A program made the position numbers and the translations under genes. Positions 29,081 to 37,592 of a stretch of 64,000 nucleotides of DNA are shown piece after piece. Origin of the DNA: Halorussus marinus (lineage in GTDB: Archaea > Halobacteriota > Halobacteria > Halobacteriales > Haladaptataceae); the NCBI RefSeq assembly GCF_004765795.1, contig NZ_SBIV01000004.1:248001-312000 (forward strand), in the 5' to 3' direction. Within the stretch, counting starts at the first letter, position 1. The number at the start of each line of letters is the position of its first letter. The notes under the pieces are model-generated. The model saw only the letters and a program-made list of their open reading frames with translations, was not told the DNA's origin and did no database searches.

Positions 29081-31453
29081 CTATTCTTCCACACTAATGT
29101 TCCCGCCGTTCTCGACCGCCCGCTCGGACACCGAAACGCTCTGATCTCCGACCGAGTAGGTGCCGGGATACGAGACAGTCACCGAGAAAGTCCCGTTCTG
29201 GGTGGTCTCAACGCTCCGACGGTACTCGAAAGTGGTGTTTTCGATCTCAACGTCAGTTGAGACAGTCACGATTTCACCAGCGGGAGCCGTCCCGGTAATG
29301 TTCGCCCCAGGAACGAGCGCGAACGCCTTCACCGACCCGTCGTCGCTAGCGTACACCGTCCGATAGTGGCCGACACCCGGTGCACCGTCATCGCCCGCAC
29401 TCCCGAACCGGAAGTGAAGCCGGGAGTACATAATGTCAGACGGCACTTGTCCGGGAAGGTCGAGATCCTTCGTGATGACGAAACCGACCTGATCGTTGAG
29501 CCGCTGGTACTGTGCTTCGGAATTGTTCGCCGCGAGGAACGGCTCGTAGTTGTTATCTGCGAACCCGTAACTCCGCGCCTCCCCGTTCACGAAGTAGTTG
29601 TACATTCGGTTGCGACCCCACTTGCTCAACACGTAGTTCTCGGGAGACTCCAGTCCACGATGGTCGGCATAGGCGTTAATCGACTGGGCCGCCGCGTAGT
29701 TGTCGCTGCCAATCTTCACCTGCTCGTGACGGACGGTCGTCTGGACCGCGCCTGCACTTGTGACGAACAGGAACAATATAGCGAGCGTCGTAATCGTACT
29801 CCGACTGGGAAGTCCAAGCGACAGACTTTCGTCGGAACCGCCGCGAGACGACTTCGATTCGCCGTTCACGAACGCAGGCCAGCGGACGATATCCATCTTT
29901 GCCGCGAAGGCGACGAATCCCCAGCCGGCGAGGATGGCGAAGAAGGGCCCGAGCTCGCCGACGAACCGTCGCTGGAGCGCCGCCAGCACCAGAAAGTACC
30001 CGCCGTAGGTCACAACGACGAGCCACGAAGAGTGATTAGTACGGTACGCTCGCCAGCCGGCATAGATTAGCACTGGGAAACCGAGTACCCAAACGAACCC
30101 GAGTTCTAATAGCGGGCCGAGGAGCAGTTGAATTGGTCCACCACCGAACATAGAGCGGTTTTCAGCTATTCCCGTCCGGAAAAGCAGGAAATCAAGCCGC
30201 TGCATCAACACGTCCATATACGACGGTAAAAATAGCTGTAACACTGCTAACCCACCTAGTGCGCCTGCGACCTCGGTCGTCCCGAAAGCAAATGCAGGCA
30301 ACTCCCTGCGATAGAACGCCTCCCCAATAAGCGACACCCCAACGACCCCGACAAGCACCAGCGCGGGCGAGTATGTGACTACCTCTGAGTGCCATCCGAA
30401 TGCGGTATGGGCAAGATGAGAGAGTACCGATGCGAACGCTAGCCCCGCAACGATCGGTGCGTTCGGGGCCAGCGACGACTCGCCCGCTCGGACGTAAGCC
30501 ACGGTCCGAACAGCAACGAAAACCCCCAGTGCGCCGACCAACAGCGGACCGGCCTCCCAGGCCATCACCTGTCCGGCGACCGCGACGCCGAGCACGCCCG
30601 ACGCGAGCCACGTCCGCGTATCCTCAAGTTCAGGGTGTCCCACATCCGCCAGTTCTACCAGCGCGAGGGCAGTCAGCGCAAGCCATGGGTAGTCGAACGC
30701 GTGGTGGTCGGAGAACCCAAGCCCCGTCCGGTAGGCAAAGGCGGGAATCACCCCGAGCAGCAGTACTGACGCGATACCAACACGGCGGTCGCCGGTTACC
30801 CGGACTGCAATAGCGTACACGAGGACACCGACGACGAGCGCCGACAACACGGGATACCACGCCAGCACCGCGCCGCTGGCGTCCGCACCACCCAGGGCGT
30901 TCGTCACCCACCACAGCGTCGCGACCATCAGCGGTTCGCCGTTCGCGACAGCACCGGGAAGATCCGAAAGTACGCTGAAGTCGAAAATACCGACCGCCTC
31001 GGCCGAGAGCTGGTCAACCCAGTAGCGGTAGTAGTAAGGATCGTTCGAGGAGAGCAGGACGCCGTCCGGGCGGAACACGTGACCCACAAAGTAGGCACGC
31101 ATTGCCGCAACGAACAGTAGTGCCCCGGCGAGCGCGCCAGCGGTCTCCCGCGACACGGAGGGAAGCCAGAGCGACGAGAACGCTGACCTGCTCAATTGAT
31201 CGCCATCGTCCGGTTCGTCGTCGCCGTCCAGACTCGCTCGGACAGCGTCCGGATCGACGACTTCGTACTCGCCGCCCGCTTTCGTTACGATGTCCCGCGA
31301 GACCAGCTCGCCGAAGGTTCCCGAGTCGAACGGTACGTCATCGAACGTCCACCCGTCGGCGCGCTCGTCTACCGCGAGGAGTTCGCGGAGGTCGGATTCG
31401 AGCTCCGGCTTCTCCGCGAGGAGATCGTCAGTCGCCTCGCGTACGTCAGTCAT
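29081..31453 (-). CDS. STT3/AglB-like GT-C oligosaccharyltransferase homolog with a non-canonical C-terminal motif
   Basis: SNDPYYY, GFSDHHAFD, TGIAE, QRRF, about 13 TM plus an external domain; WWDYG position reads VLSKWGRNRMYNYF; start at MTDVRE (31453). Confidence 0.82.
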   Translation of the reverse strand: MTDVREATDDLLAEKPELESDLRELLAVDERADGWTFDDVPFDSGTFGELVSRDIVTKAGGEYEVVDPDAVRASLDGDDEPDDGDQLSRSAFSSLWLPSVSRETAGALAGALLFVAAMRAYFVGHVFRPDGVLLSSNDPYYYRYWVDQLSAEAVGIFDFSVLSDLPGAVANGEPLMVATLWWVTNALGGADASGAVLAWYPVLSALVVGVLVYAIAVRVTGDRRVGIASVLLLGVIPAFAYRTGLGFSDHHAFDYPWLALTALALVELADVGHPELEDTRTWLASGVLGVAVAGQVMAWEAGPLLVGALGVFVAVRTVAYVRAGESSLAPNAPIVAGLAFASVLSHLAHTAFGWHSEVVTYSPALVLVGVVGVSLIGEAFYRRELPAFAFGTTEVAGALGGLAVLQLFLPSYMDVLMQRLDFLLFRTGIAENRSMFGGGPIQLLLGPLLELGFVWVLGFPVLIYAGWRAYRTNHSSWLVVVTYGGYFLVLAALQRRFVGELGPFFAILAGWGFVAFAAKMDIVRWPAFVNGESKSSRGGSDESLSLGLPSRSTITTLAILFLFVTSAGAVQTTVRHEQVKIGSDNYAAAQSINAYADHRGLESPENYVLSKWGRNRMYNYFVNGEARSYGFADNNYEPFLAANNSEAQYQRLNDQVGFVITKDLDLPGQVPSDIMYSRLHFRFGSAGDDGAPGVGHYRTVYASDDGSVKAFALVPGANITGTAPAGEIVTVSTDVEIENTTFEYRRSVETTQNGTFSVTVSYPGTYSVGDQSVSVSERAVENGGNISVEE

Positions 31454-31524
31454 GGTGGTCGAATATCGTGAAGGGCGCATAAACCCTGCGACACTCGATG
31501 CCGACACCACGTGACTGGATAATA

Positions 31525-31678
31525 CGCTCTTCTGTAGGAGATCGTTGGTACAGTCGTCACTAGTTGAGTAGGAACGCTAGTTGATTTCCTAAGCACCTCT
31601 ACCGTGGACTCACGATTCAATCCTCACAGCCGAAAATCGCAACACTGTAGTCCATCAGCAATGATCTACGCAAGAGCG
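31525..31678. mobile_element. Putative 154-bp IS1595-type (ISH4-like) MITE or end-pair remnant
   Basis: Ends cgctcttctgtaggagatcgttggt and (reverse complement) cgctcttgcgtagatcattgctgat resemble the IS1595 end at 31688; no target duplication found. Confidence 0.5.
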
Positions 31679-31687
31679 ATTTTCGTA

Positions 31688-32150
31688 CGCTCATCCGTAG
31701 CACATTGTTGATTTCACAGCGTCGCTCGAACAGCGTGCTTGAGACCGTCTCGGCCGGGTTTTCGAAACAGCTCAGGGCGTAGCTGAAACCTCTGAGATAT
31801 TGTGTCAACTTGTCTTTGGAGATACCTCGGTGAGGCGAGAGCCACCCGTCGAACCTGCGACGCCTGGCTCTCGCAAGTGTTGACGTGTACCTCGTCATCG
31901 GCGTATTCGCCGTCGCTGTGGACGACGTATTTGCGGTCGGATGCGTCGTCCGCTTCGAGTGGTTCGTACGCCCGAAAGCCATCGGTATACACGGTCAGCG
32001 ACTCCTGCTGGCGGTCGGCCAGCAGGAGTCGAATCGTCGATTCGTCTGCGGCTTTCGCTGGGATCACGTACCGCTGTCGAGTGCCACGGTCGGCGATGGT
32101 GAAAATCGGTGGCTTGTCCCCGCTATGCGAAAAGACACCGCCGTTGTAGC
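31688..32150 (-). pseudogene. IS1595-family transposase 3' remnant with its right end
   Basis: DKPPIFTIADRG, TVYTDGFRAYEPL, VHVNTCES, frameshift, WLSPHRGISKDKLTQYL, LFRKPGRDGLKHAVRATL*; terminal cgctcatccgtagcacattgttgat; 5' part missing. Confidence 0.88.
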
Positions 32151-32331
32151 ACCGATCAAAAGCACCGCAATGAACAGGATTAAACCCCGACCCCAACCTG
32201 CCCACGACGCCGAAAAGACGAGAGACAGCGGAGAATCGAACGGTACTTCCATCCCGAAAAGGACCATATTTTAATAGAAGGGTTAATTGAAACAGCCACA
32301 AATTCGGAATAGTCGTATCCCCCGATTCGCA

Positions 32332-34044
32332 TTATTGCCTTCGAATGGCTACGAGGAAGCACCCAACGAGAACAATGATCGTAGTAATCGCTCGAAAGCC
32401 AGGAACGGATTGGGAGTCTTCGATCGTTTGTTGATTGATCGGAGATTCCGGGTTTCCTGATGATGCTTGAGTGATACCCGCTTCAGTCGCTGCTTCGTTC
32501 GTAGTCGTCTTCGATGTGGTCGTACGAGTCGTTTTGGTTGTTTCTCGAGTCGTCGTTTGAGTCGTCGACGTGGTCGTAAAAGTCGATTCCTTCGTAGTGA
32601 GCGACGCAGGGACGGTTTTATTGTATTCTGGGATCTCAACGGAAAGATTCCCAGTCGAAGATGCGTCACTAAGATCAAAGTTCGCGGTAAAACCGCCAGT
32701 CTGATTGACCACGACACGCTGGTTTTTTGTGAAGCTTGAAGATCCCTCATTATAGTGTACCTGAACATCGAACTGGGATCCGGGTTCCACTTTTGCTTCT
32801 CCCGTGACCGAGGCATCTTCCGTCAGGGTGATTTGATCGCCGGTGTAATTAAGCCGAACTTCCCATATTCGCACGGCAGAGTACTTTTTGTTCTGATCAG
32901 AGAGCGTGATGGTAAATCGGTCACCGCGTCGCACATCACTAAAATCGAACGTGGTCTGGAACGTCTGATTTGCCCGGACCGTTGCCTGTTTCGTTTCGAC
33001 GAAGGGTGGGATCCCGTCATACGATGCCGTTATATTTATCCTCTCGCCCGGGGGTAGCGTTGTCGTCCCCCTGATAGTGTCTGTCCCGTTGACTTGAATC
33101 GGATCCGTCGCGTGCTCTAACTGTGCTCGGGCCGTAACGACGCTGAAATCCGCGGTGGTTGACGGTTGGCCATCGACGAAGGGATTGTCTCCAACAACCG
33201 AAACGTTCGCCCGATACCGATCGCCGGCCTCAATTCCGTGACGGCCCGTGTTGACGAACGCGTAAAGCGAGTCCGTCTGAGGTTCGTTGACGAACTTTTC
33301 GATGTCCGTTTCGTCGAACCGATTCGGTTGCACGTTCATCGTCGAACTTTGCTGTTCGAACTGTGCGGTAAACAGATCGGAGGCATTCTCAGACGAGCGA
33401 AGAAATCCGTTACTGAATTCAGACGTGTTGACTGCGAGGACGACCCACCGGCCTTTCGCGACGGAGGGAATAGTCCCCGAATCGACAGGGATCGAACCTT
33501 CCGTTTCGACCGGATCGGTGACTTCGCTAACGTCCGTCGTCGGTGGGATAATCCACTGGTCGATGTTACCGCTGAATTCCGGCGGTGATCGCGGCTTGAT
33601 GATGAACTTGCCGAGTGCGACCTCACGCCCGTCGACGGTGATATTCATGTCGTACGTCGCGGCCGCCAGCGGGCGATCGACCTCTTTGACCTTTTTCGTC
33701 AGGCTTCCGCCGCCGCTGACGATTTGCTCGACGCTCGTCTCGTAGGTGTTGAGACTGATTTCGGTCGAGCCGCTGATCTCCATCTGCACCCAGAATCCAT
33801 TTCCGGGCGAACCGAGGTTGAGCGTCGCCGGACCATCGACCGATGCGGAGATGTTGAGCGTGTTCCCTCGGGTTCCCCGTACGACTTTCGGGGAAAAACT
33901 GCCATCGACTGATTGCGTCGCGAGGATCGCACTACGCTCGGAACCCGTCGCTTGACTTACCGCGAGGGGGGATAGTATCGAACCGGAAACGACGAAGAAC
34001 ATCGTCGCAAGCGCGAGCGTTTGAGAGAGCGAGGGCATGTTCAT
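32332..34044 (-). CDS. PGF-CTERM-anchored cell-surface glycoprotein with S-layer-like domains
   Basis: Sec signal peptide, many N-X-S/T sequons, Thr-rich stalk, C-terminal VPGF-hydrophobic-RRQ. Confidence 0.85.
   Translation of the reverse strand: MNMPSLSQTLALATMFFVVSGSILSPLAVSQATGSERSAILATQSVDGSFSPKVVRGTRGNTLNISASVDGPATLNLGSPGNGFWVQMEISGSTEISLNTYETSVEQIVSGGGSLTKKVKEVDRPLAAATYDMNITVDGREVALGKFIIKPRSPPEFSGNIDQWIIPPTTDVSEVTDPVETEGSIPVDSGTIPSVAKGRWVVLAVNTSEFSNGFLRSSENASDLFTAQFEQQSSTMNVQPNRFDETDIEKFVNEPQTDSLYAFVNTGRHGIEAGDRYRANVSVVGDNPFVDGQPSTTADFSVVTARAQLEHATDPIQVNGTDTIRGTTTLPPGERINITASYDGIPPFVETKQATVRANQTFQTTFDFSDVRRGDRFTITLSDQNKKYSAVRIWEVRLNYTGDQITLTEDASVTGEAKVEPGSQFDVQVHYNEGSSSFTKNQRVVVNQTGGFTANFDLSDASSTGNLSVEIPEYNKTVPASLTTKESTFTTTSTTQTTTRETTKTTRTTTSKTTTNEAATEAGITQASSGNPESPINQQTIEDSQSVPGFRAITTIIVLVGCFLVAIRRQ
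32484..32600 (-). repeat. Thr-rich low-complexity linker in the PGF-CTERM protein
   Basis: TTKESTFTTTSTTQTTTRETTKTTRTTTSKTTT. Confidence 0.8.
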
Positions 34045-34144
34045 TGGGTATCTCGACGGTTTATATCGGGTGTACGTAAATCTAAGTGTTCGAATGCGGT
34101 GAACGGCGTATCTCTCTGTTCGTGTGTGAAACCAACGACTGGCG

Positions 34145-34160
34145 CGTTTAGTACTAAACG
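34145..34160. promoter_or_regulatory. Perfect 16-bp palindrome, candidate operator
   Basis: cgtttagtactaaacg, about 100 bp upstream of the PGF-CTERM gene. Confidence 0.4.
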
Positions 34161-34218
34161 AGTTATGTCTATCAGGTTCGACAGTCCCGCAAAAATAATC
34201 GCGCGAAGGGAGAACTGC

Positions 34219-35595
34219 CTATATCGAGACGGCTTCCTGGTTGGCGAGCGAGTCGGGGACGCGGAGCAGCACGGTCTTCGTCGCGCCCGACGGCGTCGTA
34301 ATCGACATCTCGGCGGTCGAGCCGGCTTCGAGAGTACCGGGATCGACTTTTATCGTGAATCGGTCGCCGGACGAGAGCACGGGCATGGTCCCGTCTTCAT
34401 CCTGAATCGCGGTCAGGGAGAATTCGCTGTCTTCGGCCGGGGTTTCGCTGTCGGTGTAGACCAGGTCGTGACTTCCGTCAGGAGCGATAAAGTTAATCGT
34501 GGTTTTACCCATGTCGATGTCGCTCGCACCGGGCGACTGCGTCACGATGATTTCGATACTATCGACTTTCGACTCGGTACCAGCATTGCTGGCATCAACG
34601 TAGGCGAGCGATGCTGAGTCGACACCACCCTTAATCGAGATATCCTCGCCGTCGTTACTGAGGATCACATTCGTGGGATCCCCAGCACCGTCGTTGAAGG
34701 TAAGGGTCTCCGAGCTGTGAACCTCGATAGAGTCTCCGGACGGGCCGGTGACTTCGTAGTGGTATTCAGAAGTCGTCTCGTTCTTGTAGAGGACCGATAT
34801 CGAGAGTTTGAATTCCTCAGAGTCGGCGTCGATATCGAGGGATTCACCATTACCGTCAGTGACCTGAACCGCGGGATCCTGTGCATCGACCACGAGTTGG
34901 CCACCGTCGAGAACGTCGAGCGTACCGACGGTGTCACCGAAGGTTAGCTCTGCGGCCTCGCGCTTGATAACCTCGTCCGAGGCACCACCAGTTCCGATAA
35001 CAACGTCGCTGTTTTGACCAGCAACGTTAGTGAATGTAAGGGTGATATCGGAACCGCTCCCCGCAGTCAGAGTTTCGTCTTTTTCGAGGTTGACAGTGAA
35101 CGAGTTCGAGGTGCTATCGGCGTCAGTAACGGTGTAAGCAGTCTCGTTGATCGCGATGATCTCTAATCCTTCCTGACCCGTTCCAGCGATAGAGATAGTA
35201 TTACCGTTTCCATCGCCTATCTTGGAACTGGCAGTTGCCGTCGCGTACACGACAGTTTCGTTAGCGTCGATGGTGTATCCGGTATTACCACCAGCAGAGA
35301 TACTGAGGTTCAGGACGGTCGACTGTGCAGACGACGCACCCGTCGTCACCTGCCCGGTCGTACTGATCACTTGCAGTTGATTGGTGACCTGTGCACCACT
35401 CTCTTCGCCGGTCTGTTCGGCACTCGATTGCAGGAATCCGGCCGTGTTGATCAGGACGCCCGCGGCGATGGCTGCCACGAGGACCATGGCGATGAACACG
35501 ATCAGGGTACCGATACCAACTTGCGCCCGCTCCCATGTGTCGGGGAGGCGGTCGCCGATCCGCTCGAACGGTTTTTTGAGGTTGTCTCGTATCAT
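34219..35595 (-). CDS. Archaellin (archaeal flagellin), long form, about 458 aa
   Basis: Class III signal [37 protein letters not shown]-terminal [15 protein letters not shown]...ITTPSGATK; start at MIRDNL. Confidence 0.95.
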   Translation of the reverse strand: MIRDNLKKPFERIGDRLPDTWERAQVGIGTLIVFIAMVLVAAIAAGVLINTAGFLQSSAEQTGEESGAQVTNQLQVISTTGQVTTGASSAQSTVLNLSISAGGNTGYTIDANETVVYATATASSKIGDGNGNTISIAGTGQEGLEIIAINETAYTVTDADSTSNSFTVNLEKDETLTAGSGSDITLTFTNVAGQNSDVVIGTGGASDEVIKREAAELTFGDTVGTLDVLDGGQLVVDAQDPAVQVTDGNGESLDIDADSEEFKLSISVLYKNETTSEYHYEVTGPSGDSIEVHSSETLTFNDGAGDPTNVILSNDGEDISIKGGVDSASLAYVDASNAGTESKVDSIEIIVTQSPGASDIDMGKTTINFIAPDGSHDLVYTDSETPAEDSEFSLTAIQDEDGTMPVLSSGDRFTIKVDPGTLEAGSTAEMSITTPSGATKTVLLRVPDSLANQEAVSI

Positions 35596-35672
35596 TGGTC
35601 TCACAAGCATCCGCGTCGGATGCTTGACTATCTCCGTATTTAGATAGGACTGATAAATAACTATAGGCCTAA

Positions 35673-35686
35673 TATCAACGCTGATA
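35673..35686. promoter_or_regulatory. TATCA-N4-TGATA palindrome upstream of the archaellin
   Basis: tatcaacgctgata, just upstream of an AT-rich TATA-like tract (ttatttat on the minus strand, about 35653-35660). Confidence 0.55.
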
Positions 35687-35870
35687 ATCCGGTGTCTGAC
35701 AGGACTATTCGAACCGGCCAATAAATAAGCATCTGGAAAAAGATCAGATCGAGCACTCGAATCGCCGGATTTGTCGGTGCTCTTCTCGCATCCTTGAGCA
35801 GTGTGCGCGAACGTCGTAGTTATGGCCGCCCAAAGAGAGTACGCAGAGCCTACCAGACAGGTTCGAGGAT

Positions 35871-37520
35871 CTACATTTTTCGATTCAGCAGGTGACGAAC
35901 GATCGCCACCAACGGCTGATACGAATCCCACGTCGAAGGCCACCGACGAGCTATCGCGACGATGTGGCTCTGGGCTTCGAATTCGAACCGTTCCAGGGAC
36001 TGCCATCGTTGGCATTCGTTTTGGCCCGCGTGCGCCGTTACGACGTACTGGCCCTCGGGGAGTGGGTTTCCGGAGTGCTGTGGCTGGTGTTCTGGGTTGT
36101 GCTCGGCGTTAGCGCCGAGCCACGAGTAGGTTCGAGCCCTCAGTTGCTCCGGTGTTCCGGGTGGGCGTGTGGCGAGTGTCCCGTTCGGCCGGGCCGAGAA
36201 CTCCACGACACCGAGATCCGAGACGATTCGTTCGACGCGAGGATCGAGGAGATGACGAGCAGGGAAAAACGTCGTCGTCAAATACGTCGTCGCGATGTCC
36301 ACGGTCGTCGACTGCGTTCGTCCATCGCGACCCGACAGCGTTACCGTCCCGGTCCACGACTGCGATCCGCCCGACGAATCGATTCGGTGAACTCCGAGGC
36401 GGATCGGGAGCGGTCCGGCGGAGTTGGTCGACTCGATTTCGAGTCGGTGTTTCACGACCGGTCGAACGAAGGACCGAGCCGTCTCGACCGGCACATGTTC
36501 GGGCGGGAACCGCTCGGGGACGATTGACCGTGTGAGTGTGAATTGCGTCTCCAAATGGGGGCGGCAACCCACGGATGTGGGTTGCGGAGTGACCGATGGA
36601 GACCCGGCCGTCTCCGACGTTTCGGCATCTGACGACACATGTCCACTTGGTTGTGAACGTCCGAACTGGACGGAGACCGCGAGGAGATAGCCGCCGCCGA
36701 GCCCGAGCGTATGAGCGACGACGTTCGGAACGTAACCGGCCGAAGCCGACGGGTGAGGAAACAACAGGGGGACGAGAACCCCGAGCGCGACCCAACAGCA
36801 GAGAATCAACCCGAACGCCAAGCGATGTCGAGACACCGCGGTAACGATCGCTGAACCACCGGTCTGGTCGCTACGGTGACGGCGGGAAACTGTGAGAAAA
36901 CCGATGCCGATGAAAATGGCGGTAAACAGAATCGCTTTGAGCCAGCGTAGTCCAGTCGTGGGATAGGTTTCGAGTAGTAGACCGAACAGCGAGAGGAGGA
37001 TCACGAGCGTCCCGAGCATCGCGGCCCGGAGGTCGAACCGAACCGCGAGGTAGCTCGTGAGAAAGCCAAAGAGAACTCCGACGTATCCTCCGACCACTCC
37101 GGAGAACCCCATCGAGACGCTCGCAGAGAGTTCCCTGAATAGTCGCTCGAAAGCGAGGTCGGTCGCGAAGCCGAGTGGAAGTGGAAAGACAATGAGTACC
37201 ACGAGAACACACGTCCAGAAGTTGAGACGACTCTGTTGGCGGACGGCGAGCACCCACGCGGGGACAATGGCGAGACCGTACGCGATTATGTTCCCGACCA
37301 GGTGGGCCCAACTATAGTGAACGAAGGCAGAGGACCACATCGTCACCAGCGTTGGGTCGGCGTGATCGAGAGCGAGTTGCCCCCGAGTAGTCCGGGGAAC
37401 CAAGACGTGAATGCCACACACTAACCCGGCGATAGTGAGGAGACCGAAGATATCACCACATAGAACCGCGATCCGCTTCGGTGTCCATCGATTGAACGCC
37501 ATCTCTGCTACATCACACAT
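35871..37520 (-). CDS. Rhomboid-like intramembrane serine protease with a C-terminal soluble domain
   Basis: [13 protein letters not shown], catalytic-type [16 protein letters not shown]; about 260-aa hydrophilic tail. Confidence 0.65.
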   Translation of the reverse strand: MCDVAEMAFNRWTPKRIAVLCGDIFGLLTIAGLVCGIHVLVPRTTRGQLALDHADPTLVTMWSSAFVHYSWAHLVGNIIAYGLAIVPAWVLAVRQQSRLNFWTCVLVVLIVFPLPLGFATDLAFERLFRELSASVSMGFSGVVGGYVGVLFGFLTSYLAVRFDLRAAMLGTLVILLSLFGLLLETYPTTGLRWLKAILFTAIFIGIGFLTVSRRHRSDQTGGSAIVTAVSRHRLAFGLILCCWVALGVLVPLLFPHPSASAGYVPNVVAHTLGLGGGYLLAVSVQFGRSQPSGHVSSDAETSETAGSPSVTPQPTSVGCRPHLETQFTLTRSIVPERFPPEHVPVETARSFVRPVVKHRLEIESTNSAGPLPIRLGVHRIDSSGGSQSWTGTVTLSGRDGRTQSTTVDIATTYLTTTFFPARHLLDPRVERIVSDLGVVEFSARPNGTLATRPPGTPEQLRARTYSWLGANAEHNPEHQPQHSGNPLPEGQYVVTAHAGQNECQRWQSLERFEFEAQSHIVAIARRWPSTWDSYQPLVAIVRHLLNRKM

Positions 37521-37592
37521 CCAAGCCGAGTCTCAAATAGATAGTGGACCTCGTAGATACTGACATATAAATTATAGGATTGGCGATCTCTC

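Noticed and set aside
28886..29260. 124-aa ORF starting inside the MITE
   Set aside because: Runs antisense into the STT3-like gene; no transposase or other motif
35596..36015. 140-aa N-terminal extension of the archaellin in the ORF track
   Set aside because: Overlaps the upstream gene end and the promoter; the class III signal peptide places the start near 35595
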